From an uncultured delta proteobacterium (GTDB taxonomy: Bacteria; Desulfobacterota; Zymogenia; Zymogenales; Zymogenaceae), in the NCBI GenBank assembly GCA_963848155.1, contig CAWKCL010000007.1:9363-73362 (forward strand): a stretch of DNA of 64,000 bases, in the 5' to 3' direction. Shown piece by piece: positions 1 through 10,580 of the stretch. Position numbers and translations under genes: made by a program. How positions within the stretch are numbered: the first letter of the stretch is position 1; the number at the start of each line of letters is the position of its first letter. The notes beneath the pieces were generated by a model. It had not been told where the DNA came from. It saw only the letters and a program-made list of their open reading frames with translations, and made no database searches.

Positions 1-350
1 CCGATTAATTCAACGCCGTACTTCTCCAGCACGCCCGCCTTGACCAGCTCGACGGCGATGTTGAGGCCGGTCTGTCCGCCGAGGGTGGGCAGCAGGCAAT
101 CGGGCCGCTCCTTTTTGATAATCTTTTCTACTACCGACGGCAGGATCGGTTCCACGTACGTGGCGTGGGCGAAGTCGGGATCGGTCATGATGGTGGCCGG
201 GTTGGAGTTGATGAGGATAACCTCGTACCCTTCTTCCTTGAGGGCCTTGACGGCCTGGGTCCCGGAATAGTCGAATTCGCAGGCCTGACCGATGATGATC
301 GGGCCGGAGCCGACGATGAGGATCTTCTTGATATCGGTTCGCTTCGGCAT
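1..350 (-). CDS. carB: carbamoyl-phosphate synthase large subunit, N-terminal fragment (gene continues past window start)
   Basis: Minus-strand ATG at 348-350. Translation [68 protein letters not shown] is the canonical CarB ATP-grasp N-terminus. It is hidden in the ORF track by the carA read-through frame. Confidence 0.9.
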   Translation of the reverse strand, partial: MPKRTDIKKILIVGSGPIIIGQACEFDYSGTQAVKALKEEGYEVILINSNPATIMTDPDFAHATYVEPILPSVVEKIIKKERPDCLLPTLGGQTGLNIAVELVKAGVLEKYGVELI

Positions 351-353
351 TGA

Positions 354-1486
<1,133 letters not shown>

Positions 1487-1607
1487 GCGTGTACTTCCTC
1501 CCCGTTTAATAGAAGACTATAACGAAATCTTGCCCGAATTTCAAGACAATTGTAGACTCCCCCGTAACAATACGGTATAATGGCGCGATTTGATTATAGG
1601 CTATTGA

Positions 1608-2174
1608 TTGATTCCGACGCGATCCGAGTGCCTGAGGGCCCTGAGAGACCACGAGGTTCCCGACAACATTATCGGCCACAGCATTGTCGTTGAGCGGGTG
1701 GCACTCGTCCTCTCGCACCGGCTCATGGAGGCCGGAAACAGTATAGACATCGCGCTTGTCTCGGCGGGGGCGCTGCTGCACGACATCGCCAAGATGCGGG
1801 GGATCAGGGAGGGCAGGCCCCACAGCGAGCTGGGGGCCGAGACCACCGACCGGCTCGGGTTTCCCGAAGTCTCGCCGATAGTCGGCCAGCACGTGCGGCT
1901 GGCCGATTATGGTGACAACGGCGGCATCGACGAGGCAAAGCTCGTCAATTACGCGGACAAACGGGTGAACCACGAAGAGATCGTCACCCTCGATGAGAGA
2001 TTCGATTACCTGTTCGAACGATACGGGTCCGCCTCGCCGGAGGCGCGGGAGCGGATTGCCGAGATGAAGCGGCTTACCGCCGCCATCGAGGGGCAGATCT
2101 TCGCACGGCTCTCGATAACCCCTTCGGATGTAAAGAGACTGGTTGAGGAGCGGTATGGACTTTATACTCGATAG
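1608..2174 (+). CDS. HD/HDIG-domain metal-dependent phosphohydrolase
   Basis: 188-aa ORF with H...HD signature (GHSIVVERVA...LLHDIAK) and a later ADKRV segment typical of HDIG proteins. TTG start; TATAAT at 1576-1581 upstream. Confidence 0.65.
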   Translation: MIPTRSECLRALRDHEVPDNIIGHSIVVERVALVLSHRLMEAGNSIDIALVSAGALLHDIAKMRGIREGRPHSELGAETTDRLGFPEVSPIVGQHVRLADYGDNGGIDEAKLVNYADKRVNHEEIVTLDERFDYLFERYGSASPEARERIAEMKRLTAAIEGQIFARLSITPSDVKRLVEERYGLYTR

Positions 2175-2616
2175 GCTTGCCATCGGTGATCTTTCCGACG
2201 CCAAGAACAGCGCGATGCTGGCGGAGTGCGGTATCACCGCCATCCTCAATGTCGCCAAGGAGGCGCAGCATGATCCCGACGGCAACTGTTTTGACTATTA
2301 CAAGGTCAATATAGACGACGGACAGGCGATGGATTTTTCACACCTGAGCGAGGCGGTGGACTTCATTCACAGCCGCATCCGCAACGGCAAGGTGCTGGTG
2401 CATTGCCTCATGGGGGTGAGCCGGTCCTCGACGGTCGTATTGTGCTATCTGCACGAGTGCGGGTTTTCCCTGAGGGAAGCGATGAACCTCATCAAGAAGA
2501 AGCGGCCGGATGCCCAGCCCCACATCGCCCTCTATAACTCGGTGCGGGAGTATTATCAGAAGAAGGAAGGCGAGCACCGCGGGCGCCTGATCAGGGATGA
2601 GGCGACTCTCGAATAG
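2155..2616 (+). CDS. dual-specificity (Cys-based) protein phosphatase
   Basis: HCX5R(S/T) P-loop VHCLMGVSRSS, with upstream D (NIDDGQ) as the general acid. ATG 2155 is preceded by GAGGAG and overlaps the stop of the HD gene. Confidence 0.75.
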   Translation: MDFILDRLAIGDLSDAKNSAMLAECGITAILNVAKEAQHDPDGNCFDYYKVNIDDGQAMDFSHLSEAVDFIHSRIRNGKVLVHCLMGVSRSSTVVLCYLHECGFSLREAMNLIKKKRPDAQPHIALYNSVREYYQKKEGEHRGRLIRDEATLE

Positions 2617-2741
2617 GTCACCGGGTCAAGGCGATAACACACAAGACCGGTCGAGCGGTTGATCCGGGCGGTCAGAGTGCGTGACCGTCGTCGATTATCA
2701 ATTCTCCAAATGATACGGTTGCCGAATAACAGGGGGATATC

Positions 2742-3662
2742 ATGAAGAAATTCGCGAAGATCGCTCTTATCGTGATCGCGTGTCTCGTTGTTATCGGATT
2801 TGTCGGGAAGTACGTCCTTCTTGACCATGCCCCGATCCCGACAGAGTCCACGTTTACCATCGATATGGATGAGGTCGGACGGCTCGCGGTTTCGATGGGT
2901 GACGGGCTGCCTTCCGAGGTCAGGTCGCTGGTCATTGCGAACGGTGCATTCCCGTCGTTTATGGTCGCTGCGGGCGGCCGGGGCGAGACTCCGATGGCCT
3001 TTATCGCCTATCAGGTCGTCTACCCCGATAAGACCGTTATCATTGACGCGTGCGCATCCAAGGCGGCCTTCGAGGCGATGCCGTATGCGCCGAGCGACTA
3101 TTCCGACGAGAACTACTCCGTCCTCCAGGAGGCCCTCAGGAAGGCGTCGCTCATCCTGATGACCCACGAGCATTACGACCACATCGGCGGTATCGCCGCG
3201 TCCCCGTATCTCAGTGAGATACTGCCGCGCCTGCTGCTAACCACCGAGCAGTACAATAGTACCCTCATGGAGGAGGCGGGATTTCCGGCGGGGGCACTGG
3301 ACGGGTTTACGCCCGTTTCCTACGAACGGTACTACGCCGCCGCGCCGGGCATCGTGCTGATCAAGACCCCCGGCCATGCACCGGGGCAGCAGATCATCTA
3401 CGTAAAGACAACGACGGGTCAGTACCTCTTTCTCGGAGATATCGTCTGGAGCCGGGAGAACCTGACCAGGGAGGTGAACCGGCCGCTCTTCATTTCCCTG
3501 ATGATGAGGGAGGATCTCGACTCTGCGCGGGGAGAGATACGCTGGATTATTGATAACCTCTCTACGAACCCGAATAACACCATTACTTATCTGATCTCCC
3601 ACGACGGACAGCAGCTCGAGGAACAGATCCAGGCAGGTGTCGTCGCCGAGGGATTTAAATAG
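2742..3662 (+). CDS. membrane-anchored MBL-fold metallo-hydrolase
   Basis: N-terminal TM helix (IALIVIACLVVIGFV). HxHxDH motif THEHYDHIGG and a downstream TPGHAPG histidine motif. Confidence 0.7.
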   Translation: MKKFAKIALIVIACLVVIGFVGKYVLLDHAPIPTESTFTIDMDEVGRLAVSMGDGLPSEVRSLVIANGAFPSFMVAAGGRGETPMAFIAYQVVYPDKTVIIDACASKAAFEAMPYAPSDYSDENYSVLQEALRKASLILMTHEHYDHIGGIAASPYLSEILPRLLLTTEQYNSTLMEEAGFPAGALDGFTPVSYERYYAAAPGIVLIKTPGHAPGQQIIYVKTTTGQYLFLGDIVWSRENLTREVNRPLFISLMMREDLDSARGEIRWIIDNLSTNPNNTITYLISHDGQQLEEQIQAGVVAEGFK

Positions 3663-3779
3663 CGGAAGTCCCCGTTCTTTGACGCCCGGCCGCATAACGG
3701 TATACGGATAGCCCCGTCCGGGCGACGGGACGCGGCGGGGCCGGCACATCGGGAAACAAATAGGAGACTCCCGGCGACA

Positions 3780-4766
3780 ATGCGAGAAGAATATACGATC
3801 TTTCACCTTTCGGACACCCACTTTAACGGTGAGAACCTCGATCTGCTCAGCCTCGCGCTCAATAACCTCGTTGAGATCGCCCCCCGGTACGTCCTGTTTA
3901 CCGGCGATGTCGTGGAAAGCCCGAAATATAACCCGCGCCCCTTCGTGCGGATGATCAGGAGCGCCCTTGCCCGGGTGGGGGAGAAGACCGGAAGGCAGCC
4001 GGTTTTTTTGGTAATCCCGGGAAACCACGATTTTTTCTGGATGGGGGCCTACGGTGTTCGAAAAGTACGCCGTTTCTATCAGGCCTTTCGGGAGGAGGAG
4101 CGCTCCTTCTTCTTTTCCGCCGAGGACCAGGTTGCCATCGCCCCGTTCGACTCCAACCGGGTTATCGAGCCGCGGGGGGGCTTCCGGCGTAGGTTGCTCC
4201 AGAGGATACGCTACAAGTCGCACGGCCTGATAATAGAAAAAGACCTCGACGAGTTTTCCCAGCAGGTGAAACAGCTCAGGAAATCGGACGACGCCCGCGC
4301 CTTCGACAGGTCTTTGAAGATCGCCCTCATTCACCACCATGTCCTGCCGACGTCCTATAGCTATCTGCCGGCGCTGGCCGACGAGAGCTACATGATGCTC
4401 GAAAACGCGGGCGTATTCATCTATCGGCTCGTCCAGGAGGATTTTGACCTGATCCTTCACGGCCATCGCCATTACCCGCAGTTCTGCCGTGCCGCCTACT
4501 ATGACCCGCAGGGAAAGGAAAAGGTCATCTCAATCCTCGGTTGCGGATCATCGGGCAAACCTTACGACCAGTGGATCGCCAGCGCGGGGCATAATTTCAA
4601 CGTGATCCGCGTCCACAAGGACGGTACGGTGACGGCCGTGCAATATTTCAAATTCGGCACGGGAGATTTCGTACCCGCCGAGCGGGTGATCACGCTAAAG
4701 ACGCCCAAGCGGGAGGAAAAAACAGTTGAGCACGAACCGGGAGGATGGTTCGGCCCGCAGTTTTAG
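3780..4766 (+). CDS. calcineurin-like metallophosphoesterase
   Basis: Motifs in canonical order: HLSDTH, FTGDVVE, PGNHD, IHHH, GHRH. Confidence 0.75.
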   Translation: MREEYTIFHLSDTHFNGENLDLLSLALNNLVEIAPRYVLFTGDVVESPKYNPRPFVRMIRSALARVGEKTGRQPVFLVIPGNHDFFWMGAYGVRKVRRFYQAFREEERSFFFSAEDQVAIAPFDSNRVIEPRGGFRRRLLQRIRYKSHGLIIEKDLDEFSQQVKQLRKSDDARAFDRSLKIALIHHHVLPTSYSYLPALADESYMMLENAGVFIYRLVQEDFDLILHGHRHYPQFCRAAYYDPQGKEKVISILGCGSSGKPYDQWIASAGHNFNVIRVHKDGTVTAVQYFKFGTGDFVPAERVITLKTPKREEKTVEHEPGGWFGPQF

Positions 4767-5390
4767 GGCCAGGGCGCGCAAGACCTTTGACGCGGCGTCA
4801 TCATTCTACGGCTTTTTCGATTTCTTCTCGAAAGGCGTATTCACGGAGGCGGCCGCGCGGCTGTCCGCGACGATCCCGCTGGGGCCGGAAACGACAATCC
4901 TCGAGGTCTTCTGCGCGACCGGGCTCTTTTCCCGGATTCTGGCCGGGATGGGGCACCGGGTAACCGCCGTGGATATTTCGCCCCTGATGATCAAACGGGC
5001 GGAGCGGGAGGCCCATGGGCTTGCCGTAGACTTTCTCGTTGGGGATGCCGCCGACCTCCCGTTTCCAGGACGGCTCCTTCGATCTGGTAATCGCCGGGCG
5101 CGGCCTTCACGGCATGCCGCCGGCGGTACGGGACGCCGTTGTCGCGGAGATCCGACGGGTATGCGCCGGTCACGCCCTCTTCATGGAGCCGAAACGCCCG
5201 GCGGGCGCGGCTCGGCAAGGCCGTCATGGCGATTCTTGAACGGCTCGAAGGGGGATACGAACACTACCGCGAGTTTATCGCCCTGGATTTTTCGGCTTAC
5301 CTCAACGGCAGGGGGTTTTCCGCCCGGGATCTGATGGTGACACACGGCGAGCATATCATCCTGTGCCGCAAGGAACGCGTTGCCCCCTGA
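4726..5390 (+). pseudogene. class I SAM-dependent methyltransferase, two frameshifts
   Basis: Motif I region ILEVFCATGLFSRILAGMGHRVTAVDISPLMI, then DAADLPFP. Continuation DGSFDLVIAGRGLHGMPP is in the 5039-5239 frame. The C-terminus ARLGKAVMAILERLEG...HIILCRKE is in the 5139-5390 frame. Breaks near 5066-5070 and 5195-5212. The TTG start is uncertain. Confidence 0.6.
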
Positions 5391-5430
5391 TACGAACCCT
5401 TTATCGCACTCCCAACTCCCACGCTTTCCC

Positions 5431-5459
5431 TTGACACCCACCGGCCTGACGGCTATTAT
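5431..5459 (+). promoter_or_regulatory. sigma-70-type promoter candidate (TTGACA-17 nt-TATTAT)
   Basis: TTGACA at 5431-5436, 17-nt spacer, TATTAT at 5454-5459. The -10 ends 6-9 nt before the GTG/ATG at 5465/5468. Confidence 0.45.
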
Positions 5460-5464
5460 CGAAG

Positions 5465-6682
5465 GTGATGATACGCGACCCCCGCAACGATTTTTCCATC
5501 AACGCCATGGCGCTGACAATCTTTACCACCAACATCGGGGGTGGTATCATTATCTCCATCCTCTCCCTCTACATAAAACACCTCGACATCAGCCTCACGC
5601 TGGGGGGATTTGCCATCTCGCTGTTTGCGATCACCCGCGGCATCTCCCAGCCGATCATCGGCCACTTTATTGACCGGATCGACCCCCGGCCCGTTATTAC
5701 CACCGGGATCATCATCTTTATGATCGCCTCGGCGGCGCCGGCAATCCCCAACGCGGCGATCCTCTTTATCGCCCGGGCTCTCCTGGGCGTATCCTCGGGG
5801 ATGGTGATCGTGGCCTGTTACACCATTATCGCGCGCCTCTATGAAGACGCCCACATGCGCCGGATAGCCAACGCCCGGTTCATGGCGCTGGAGATGATCG
5901 GCTCGATCGTGGGGCCGGTGCTCGGATCGGTGACCTTCTGGCTGTCGGGTTCCTTTTCGTCCCCCTTTATCGTCTGCTCTGCGTTCGGGATGATTGCGCT
6001 GGCGTTGTTCCTCAAACGGGTAAAAGATATCGGGGGCGACAAACCACCGCAGGTCGCCAAAGACAAAGACACGTCCCCCGAGCGCATGACGTTTGCCCCG
6101 GGCGGGCTGGCCTCCCTGGCGCTCTTATCGGGCCTCAATTTCACGCTGATGCTTGTTTGGGGCGGGCTGTTGCTGGTGATGCCGCTGTTTGCCGATTCGG
6201 TAGGTATCGCCGGGTATAAAGCGGGCTACCTCTTCGGCGCGCTTTCGTTCGGGATGATCCTTTCCATCTGGCTGACGCAGCGCGAGTTTTTGGGCAATAC
6301 GGCCATCGAGCCGCTGATCATCGTGGGCAGCTTTTTTGCCCTCATCCCTCTGACGATCCTCGTGTTCGTGACGCATTTCTGGATATGGCTTTTGATCTTC
6401 TGGGCGATGGGGATGGGGGTGGGCCTGCTGTTTCCGATCTTCCCGTCTATGGCCAGCGAGGCTATCGTGAACCGGCCGGGGCAGGGGGTGAGCTACCTCG
6501 AAATGGGCGGGAATATCGGCTTTATCCTCGGGCCGATCATAACGTCGCTTTTTGTGCGTGACGGCGACGTATCACTCGCGTTTTATTTCACGGCCGCCGT
6601 ATCCTATGTGACGGTGCCCGGGGCGATCGCCCTGGTGCTGTTGAGACGAAAACGGGCGCGGTCTATGGAGCAGCCCGTTTAA
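5465..6682 (+). CDS. MFS transporter
   Basis: 405-aa polytopic membrane ORF with roughly 12 hydrophobic segments. The loop 2-3 region GHFIDRIDPRP resembles the MFS signature. Start could be GTG 5465, ATG 5468 or ATG about 5504. Confidence 0.75.
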   Translation: MMIRDPRNDFSINAMALTIFTTNIGGGIIISILSLYIKHLDISLTLGGFAISLFAITRGISQPIIGHFIDRIDPRPVITTGIIIFMIASAAPAIPNAAILFIARALLGVSSGMVIVACYTIIARLYEDAHMRRIANARFMALEMIGSIVGPVLGSVTFWLSGSFSSPFIVCSAFGMIALALFLKRVKDIGGDKPPQVAKDKDTSPERMTFAPGGLASLALLSGLNFTLMLVWGGLLLVMPLFADSVGIAGYKAGYLFGALSFGMILSIWLTQREFLGNTAIEPLIIVGSFFALIPLTILVFVTHFWIWLLIFWAMGMGVGLLFPIFPSMASEAIVNRPGQGVSYLEMGGNIGFILGPIITSLFVRDGDVSLAFYFTAAVSYVTVPGAIALVLLRRKRARSMEQPV

Positions 6683-7331
6683 TGACATCGGAGACGGCGA
6701 AGATTACGCCCGCGTCTTCCATCGTCTTGAGGGACTCCTCCAGGTGCCCGGGCGGGGAGGCTACCGGCCGGGAGAGGTCGTAGATGACCACCGCCTCAAA
6801 GCCCATCGTTACAGCGTCTTTGGCGCTGTAAAATACGCAGTAATCCAGCGCCAGCCCCGAAAGGAAAACCCGCCGAATATTCTTGTTCCTCAGGTATCCC
6901 GAGAGCCCGGTCTCGGTGGTCATATCGTTTTCCATGAGCACGGAATAACTGTCGATATCGCGCTGGTAGCCTTTCCTGAGAATGAGCGTCGCCCGGTCGG
7001 ACTCAAAATCCGGGTGGAGGCGGGCGCCGGGGGTTCCCTGGACGCAGTGATCGGGCCATAGGACGGGACCCAGCCCGGGGGCGTCGTACAGGTCGTAGGG
7101 CTTCTTGCCGGGATGAGTGGCGGCAAACGACCGGTGGTCTTTGGGGTGCCAATCCTGCGTTGCCACCACGGTCCTGAAGAGGGGGAGGCAGCGGTTGATC
7201 CCGGAAACGATCTGGTCTCCGCCGGAGACGGGGAGTTTTCCTCCGGGCATGAAATCGGGCTGAAGGTCGACGACGATGAGGGCGTCATCGTGGCCTACGG
7301 TGATATCTTTCGCAAAATGAATATCTCGCAT
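6663..7331 (-). CDS. pncA: nicotinamidase/pyrazinamidase (isochorismatase family)
   Basis: ALIVVDLQPDFMPGG, VVATQDWHPKDHRSF, and LSGLALDYCV with the catalytic Cys. ATG 7331 is preceded by AAGGAGG. Confidence 0.75.
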   Translation of the reverse strand: MRDIHFAKDITVGHDDALIVVDLQPDFMPGGKLPVSGGDQIVSGINRCLPLFRTVVATQDWHPKDHRSFAATHPGKKPYDLYDAPGLGPVLWPDHCVQGTPGARLHPDFESDRATLILRKGYQRDIDSYSVLMENDMTTETGLSGYLRNKNIRRVFLSGLALDYCVFYSAKDAVTMGFEAVVIYDLSRPVASPPGHLEESLKTMEDAGVIFAVSDVIKRAAP

Positions 7332-7464
7332 GTCGCCTCCTTGTGGCGTTACTATAGTGTATCCCATTTATTCGTGTCAAGGGAAATTGGAGTCTCCGGC
7401 CGGCGCGGCGGCCCGAGTAAAATGAGTATTGAAAGAGATAGCGTAGTTTGATAGAATAGTAACA

Positions 7465-8301
7465 ATGATCAAGGATGTCGTCATAGAGCTGGTTCGGGGG
7501 CGTATCGTCTTTTCCTGCCCCCACTGCCTGGTGGGTGACGTCTTTTCACCCGAGACCGTGGCCGGGACTTCCAGCGCCATAACCGCCATCAAGTGCCCGC
7601 GCTGCAGCTATATGGTGAGCCTCAACAGGGCCAGGATCGAGGCGGCCGTCGCCGATATCATTGCCGAAGACCCGCTGGCGAAAAATCCCTTCGAGCAGAC
7701 GAAGGCGGGGGAGCCCGCCGCCGGCGAACCCCAACCGCCCCCGCCCCCCGCAGAACCGAAGAATCCGCCGGCCCCGGCCGGCCAGGTAGCAAAGCAGCCG
7801 CCCGCGCACCGGCCCGCCGCCCCGCAATCCCCGGCCCCCGAGAAACTCCGTGCGGACTACGTGATGCATCGGGTCCACGGCGAGCGGGGGACCCCGATGC
7901 CCTCGGCCGTGGGGCTTACGGACCTCATCCTCGTGGTGGATTTGGAGGACTCATTCCGGGACGACATCTGGATTACCTTTTCGGACATCGCGCGCGTCGA
8001 GGGGTACCGCGGCGCGATGGGCGCGGCCCAGTATATCAAGAAGCGCGCCGGGGAAATCACCATCATGATGATGGATCTGGACCTGGGTGACGGGAGCTGC
8101 TTTTCTGTGCTGGATGCGCTGAGGGACGACGGCAGGGCCGCCGCTATCCCCGCCATCATTACCTATGTCGATAGAAACCAGCACGAGATCATCAAGAAGG
8201 GCCTGAGCAGCTACCCCCAGGTTAAGTTCTTTATCCAGAAAGAGGAATTCATCAAGAAGATGATCGAGCTTTCCATCAAGATCGTGAAGCACGAGAGTTA
8301 A
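7465..8301 (+). CDS. 4-Cys zinc-ribbon + Pro-rich linker + receiver-like domain protein
   Basis: N-terminus IVFSCPHC...IKCPRC (CxxC-22-CxxC). About 80 aa of Pro/Ala-rich linker (EPQPPPPPAEPKNPPAPAG). C-terminal REC-like fold (LILVVDLEDSF...IMMMDLDLGDGSCFSVLDAL...FFIQKEEF). Confidence 0.6.
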   Translation: MIKDVVIELVRGRIVFSCPHCLVGDVFSPETVAGTSSAITAIKCPRCSYMVSLNRARIEAAVADIIAEDPLAKNPFEQTKAGEPAAGEPQPPPPPAEPKNPPAPAGQVAKQPPAHRPAAPQSPAPEKLRADYVMHRVHGERGTPMPSAVGLTDLILVVDLEDSFRDDIWITFSDIARVEGYRGAMGAAQYIKKRAGEITIMMMDLDLGDGSCFSVLDALRDDGRAAAIPAIITYVDRNQHEIIKKGLSSYPQVKFFIQKEEFIKKMIELSIKIVKHES

Positions 8302-8480
8302 GGCGACCGCCGCTCTATCCCGCCGCGGCCTCCTCCCGGTGGTTAATAAAACTTCTCTAAAATTGGGCGAGAAAGGGAAAATATATTTTTCGCGCGCCGA
8401 TTGTGTGGTATGATGCGCGCCATCGCACACGTATCTATTTCTGATCACCGGGCTGATCTCCCTGTAATTGTGAAACGCCT

Positions 8481-9158
8481 ATGGCCTCCGATGTCATCAT
8501 TACCATCATCAACAGCGTGATCGTCTTCTCGTGTCCCGCCTGCACGAGAACCGGGGGGTTCCCCCTCGAGCTGATACGGGAGATGAAGGGAGAGACGATC
8601 AACTACCCCTGCGGCCACTGCGGCGCTGAGGCGGGCTTCGACTCCGCGCGGGTGGAGGGTGCGGTCCGCCTGATGAAAAAGGACGACCCGTCCCTCAAGG
8701 GGCCGTTTGACGTAAAGTTTACGGAGGGTTCCTTGATGCAGGGCGATTCCGCGCGCGCCGGCGGCGCGGCCGACCAGGACGTGATCGTGGTCATCGACAG
8801 CGACGAGACGTTCCGGAAAGACATCAGCACGATCTTCGAGGGGCTGGCGCGGGTGGAGGCATACGGGGGGTGTCAGGGGGCGGCCGAGTTCATTATCACG
8901 CACGCCAAACAGGCCATCCTCGTGATCCTTGACGTCTACCTGGGCGACGGGACGTTTATGGACGTGCTCTCGGGCATCAGGGCAGACGAGAAGGCGGCCA
9001 AGATCTCCACGATCGTGGTCCACCCCACGCGCAAGGACCGGGTCATCATCGAGCAGATGGTGCTGCCGTTTTCGCAGGTCAAGCGCATCATCCACAAAGA
9101 CGAACTCCTCAAACGCCTCACGGAGCTTGCCGACAGGTTTCCGACAAAGGGGAAGTAG
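8481..9158 (+). CDS. 4-Cys zinc-ribbon + receiver (REC) domain protein, paralog of 7465-8301
   Basis: IVFSCPAC...YPCGHC zinc ribbon. REC landmarks VIVVIDSDE, LVILDVYLGDGTFMDVL (acceptor-Asp position), STIVVH, IIHKDE. Collinear similarity with the upstream gene. Confidence 0.6.
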   Translation: MASDVIITIINSVIVFSCPACTRTGGFPLELIREMKGETINYPCGHCGAEAGFDSARVEGAVRLMKKDDPSLKGPFDVKFTEGSLMQGDSARAGGAADQDVIVVIDSDETFRKDISTIFEGLARVEAYGGCQGAAEFIITHAKQAILVILDVYLGDGTFMDVLSGIRADEKAAKISTIVVHPTRKDRVIIEQMVLPFSQVKRIIHKDELLKRLTELADRFPTKGK

Positions 9159-9302
9159 AGTTCCCCGTCATTGCGAGCCGCCAAAGGCGGCGCGGCTCAA
9201 CATGCCGCCCGTTTTCTTTTTGACGAGGAGAGCTTACTATTGTAAAGGGGTTATTATTGTGTTATAAAAATAACAGGTCTAAAGTAATAGTCAGGATAAT
9301 TA

Positions 9303-10526
9303 ATGGCAAAGAAAATCGATAAACGGCCGGACGGCGTGAAGCCGACGTCAAACCCACGGGCAAACCCGATCCGCCCCCCGGTCTCGCTACAGCCCGCCGG
9401 GACATCGATGACGGTCTTCAACATCGGCGCGGCCGTCGGACTGGCGGTGCTGCTGGTCGTGGTCATGCAGGCGACGGCCTCCATCCTCAAGCCCTTTTTT
9501 ATCGCCATATTCCTTTCCATCCTCGTCTACCCCGCGGTGGCGCTGCTCATCCGCTTCAAGGTGCCGAGGTTCGTCGCCTATTTTATCGTCTTTGCCGCCA
9601 TCCTCGGCATCATCTACGTCCTCGGGGTGCTGGTGTCCATCAACGTCTCGGCGTTTGCCGAGCGGCTCCCATTTTACGAGGTGCGGCTGACCGTGCTTGC
9701 CGATCAGGCCATAGATCTGATACGACACCTCATGTCCTTTGACCGCTGGGGGCTGACCAAGGGCATCGACCTTTCCGTGATTGACCCCCTCCAGTATATC
9801 TCGCTTCCCAAGATCACCTCCTACATCGGGGCGAGCATCGGCTCAGTGTTCAGTATCGTCGGTGAGGTCTTCGTTATCCTCATCTTCATGATTTTTATTC
9901 TCATGGAGGTGGACCGCATCTCCGCGCGCGTGATCTGGGCATACGGGGAGGAAAACGCCCCGGAGATACTGGCGGTGGCCGACGACATCAATGCGAGCGT
10001 CATGAAGTACCTCTGGGTCAAGACGCTCATCAACATCGCCACGGGGCTTCTCACCAGCCTGGTTCTCGGGGTCGGGGGGATCGACTTTTATATCCTCTGG
10101 GGCATCATCGCATTTGTACTCAACTATATCCCGTATCTCGGTTCGGTCTTCGCGGTGGCCTTCCCCGTCCTGATGGCCCTTATCCAGATCACCCCCCTCG
10201 GCGCGCTGGTGATCCTGCTGTGCCTGCTTGTGGTGCATTTCGCGCTGGGCAACTTCATCGAACCAAAGGTGATGGGCCGGGAGTTGAACCTCTCCCCGCT
10301 GGTGGTGCTGATCGCCCTGGCCTTCTGGGGGTGGCTCTGGGGGTTCGTGGGGATGGTGCTGGCAATCCCGATCACGGCCACCATCAAGATCGTCATGGAG
10401 CATATCCCGGCCACCCGCAACCTCGCGCGCTTTATGAGCGACGTGCTGGAGCCGCCGCCCGACGAGCCCCCCGTCCGGAGGCATATCCCGATCTTTTCGC
10501 TGTTGCGCAGGGTCAGCAAGGGATGA
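9303..10526 (+). CDS. AI-2E family transporter (PerM/UPF0118)
   Basis: 407-aa membrane ORF. Family-typical C-terminal core: NYIPYLGSVFAVAFPVLMAL, GNFIEPKVMGRELNLSPLVVLIALAFWGWLWGFVGMVLAIPITA. Confidence 0.8.
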   Translation: MAKKIDKRPDGVKPTSNPRANPIRPPVSLQPAGTSMTVFNIGAAVGLAVLLVVVMQATASILKPFFIAIFLSILVYPAVALLIRFKVPRFVAYFIVFAAILGIIYVLGVLVSINVSAFAERLPFYEVRLTVLADQAIDLIRHLMSFDRWGLTKGIDLSVIDPLQYISLPKITSYIGASIGSVFSIVGEVFVILIFMIFILMEVDRISARVIWAYGEENAPEILAVADDINASVMKYLWVKTLINIATGLLTSLVLGVGGIDFYILWGIIAFVLNYIPYLGSVFAVAFPVLMALIQITPLGALVILLCLLVVHFALGNFIEPKVMGRELNLSPLVVLIALAFWGWLWGFVGMVLAIPITATIKIVMEHIPATRNLARFMSDVLEPPPDEPPVRRHIPIFSLLRRVSKG

Positions 10527-10580
10527 GGCGGCCCGCGGCGTGAACACGACATACTACAACCTCATCTTTCGTAACGAACA

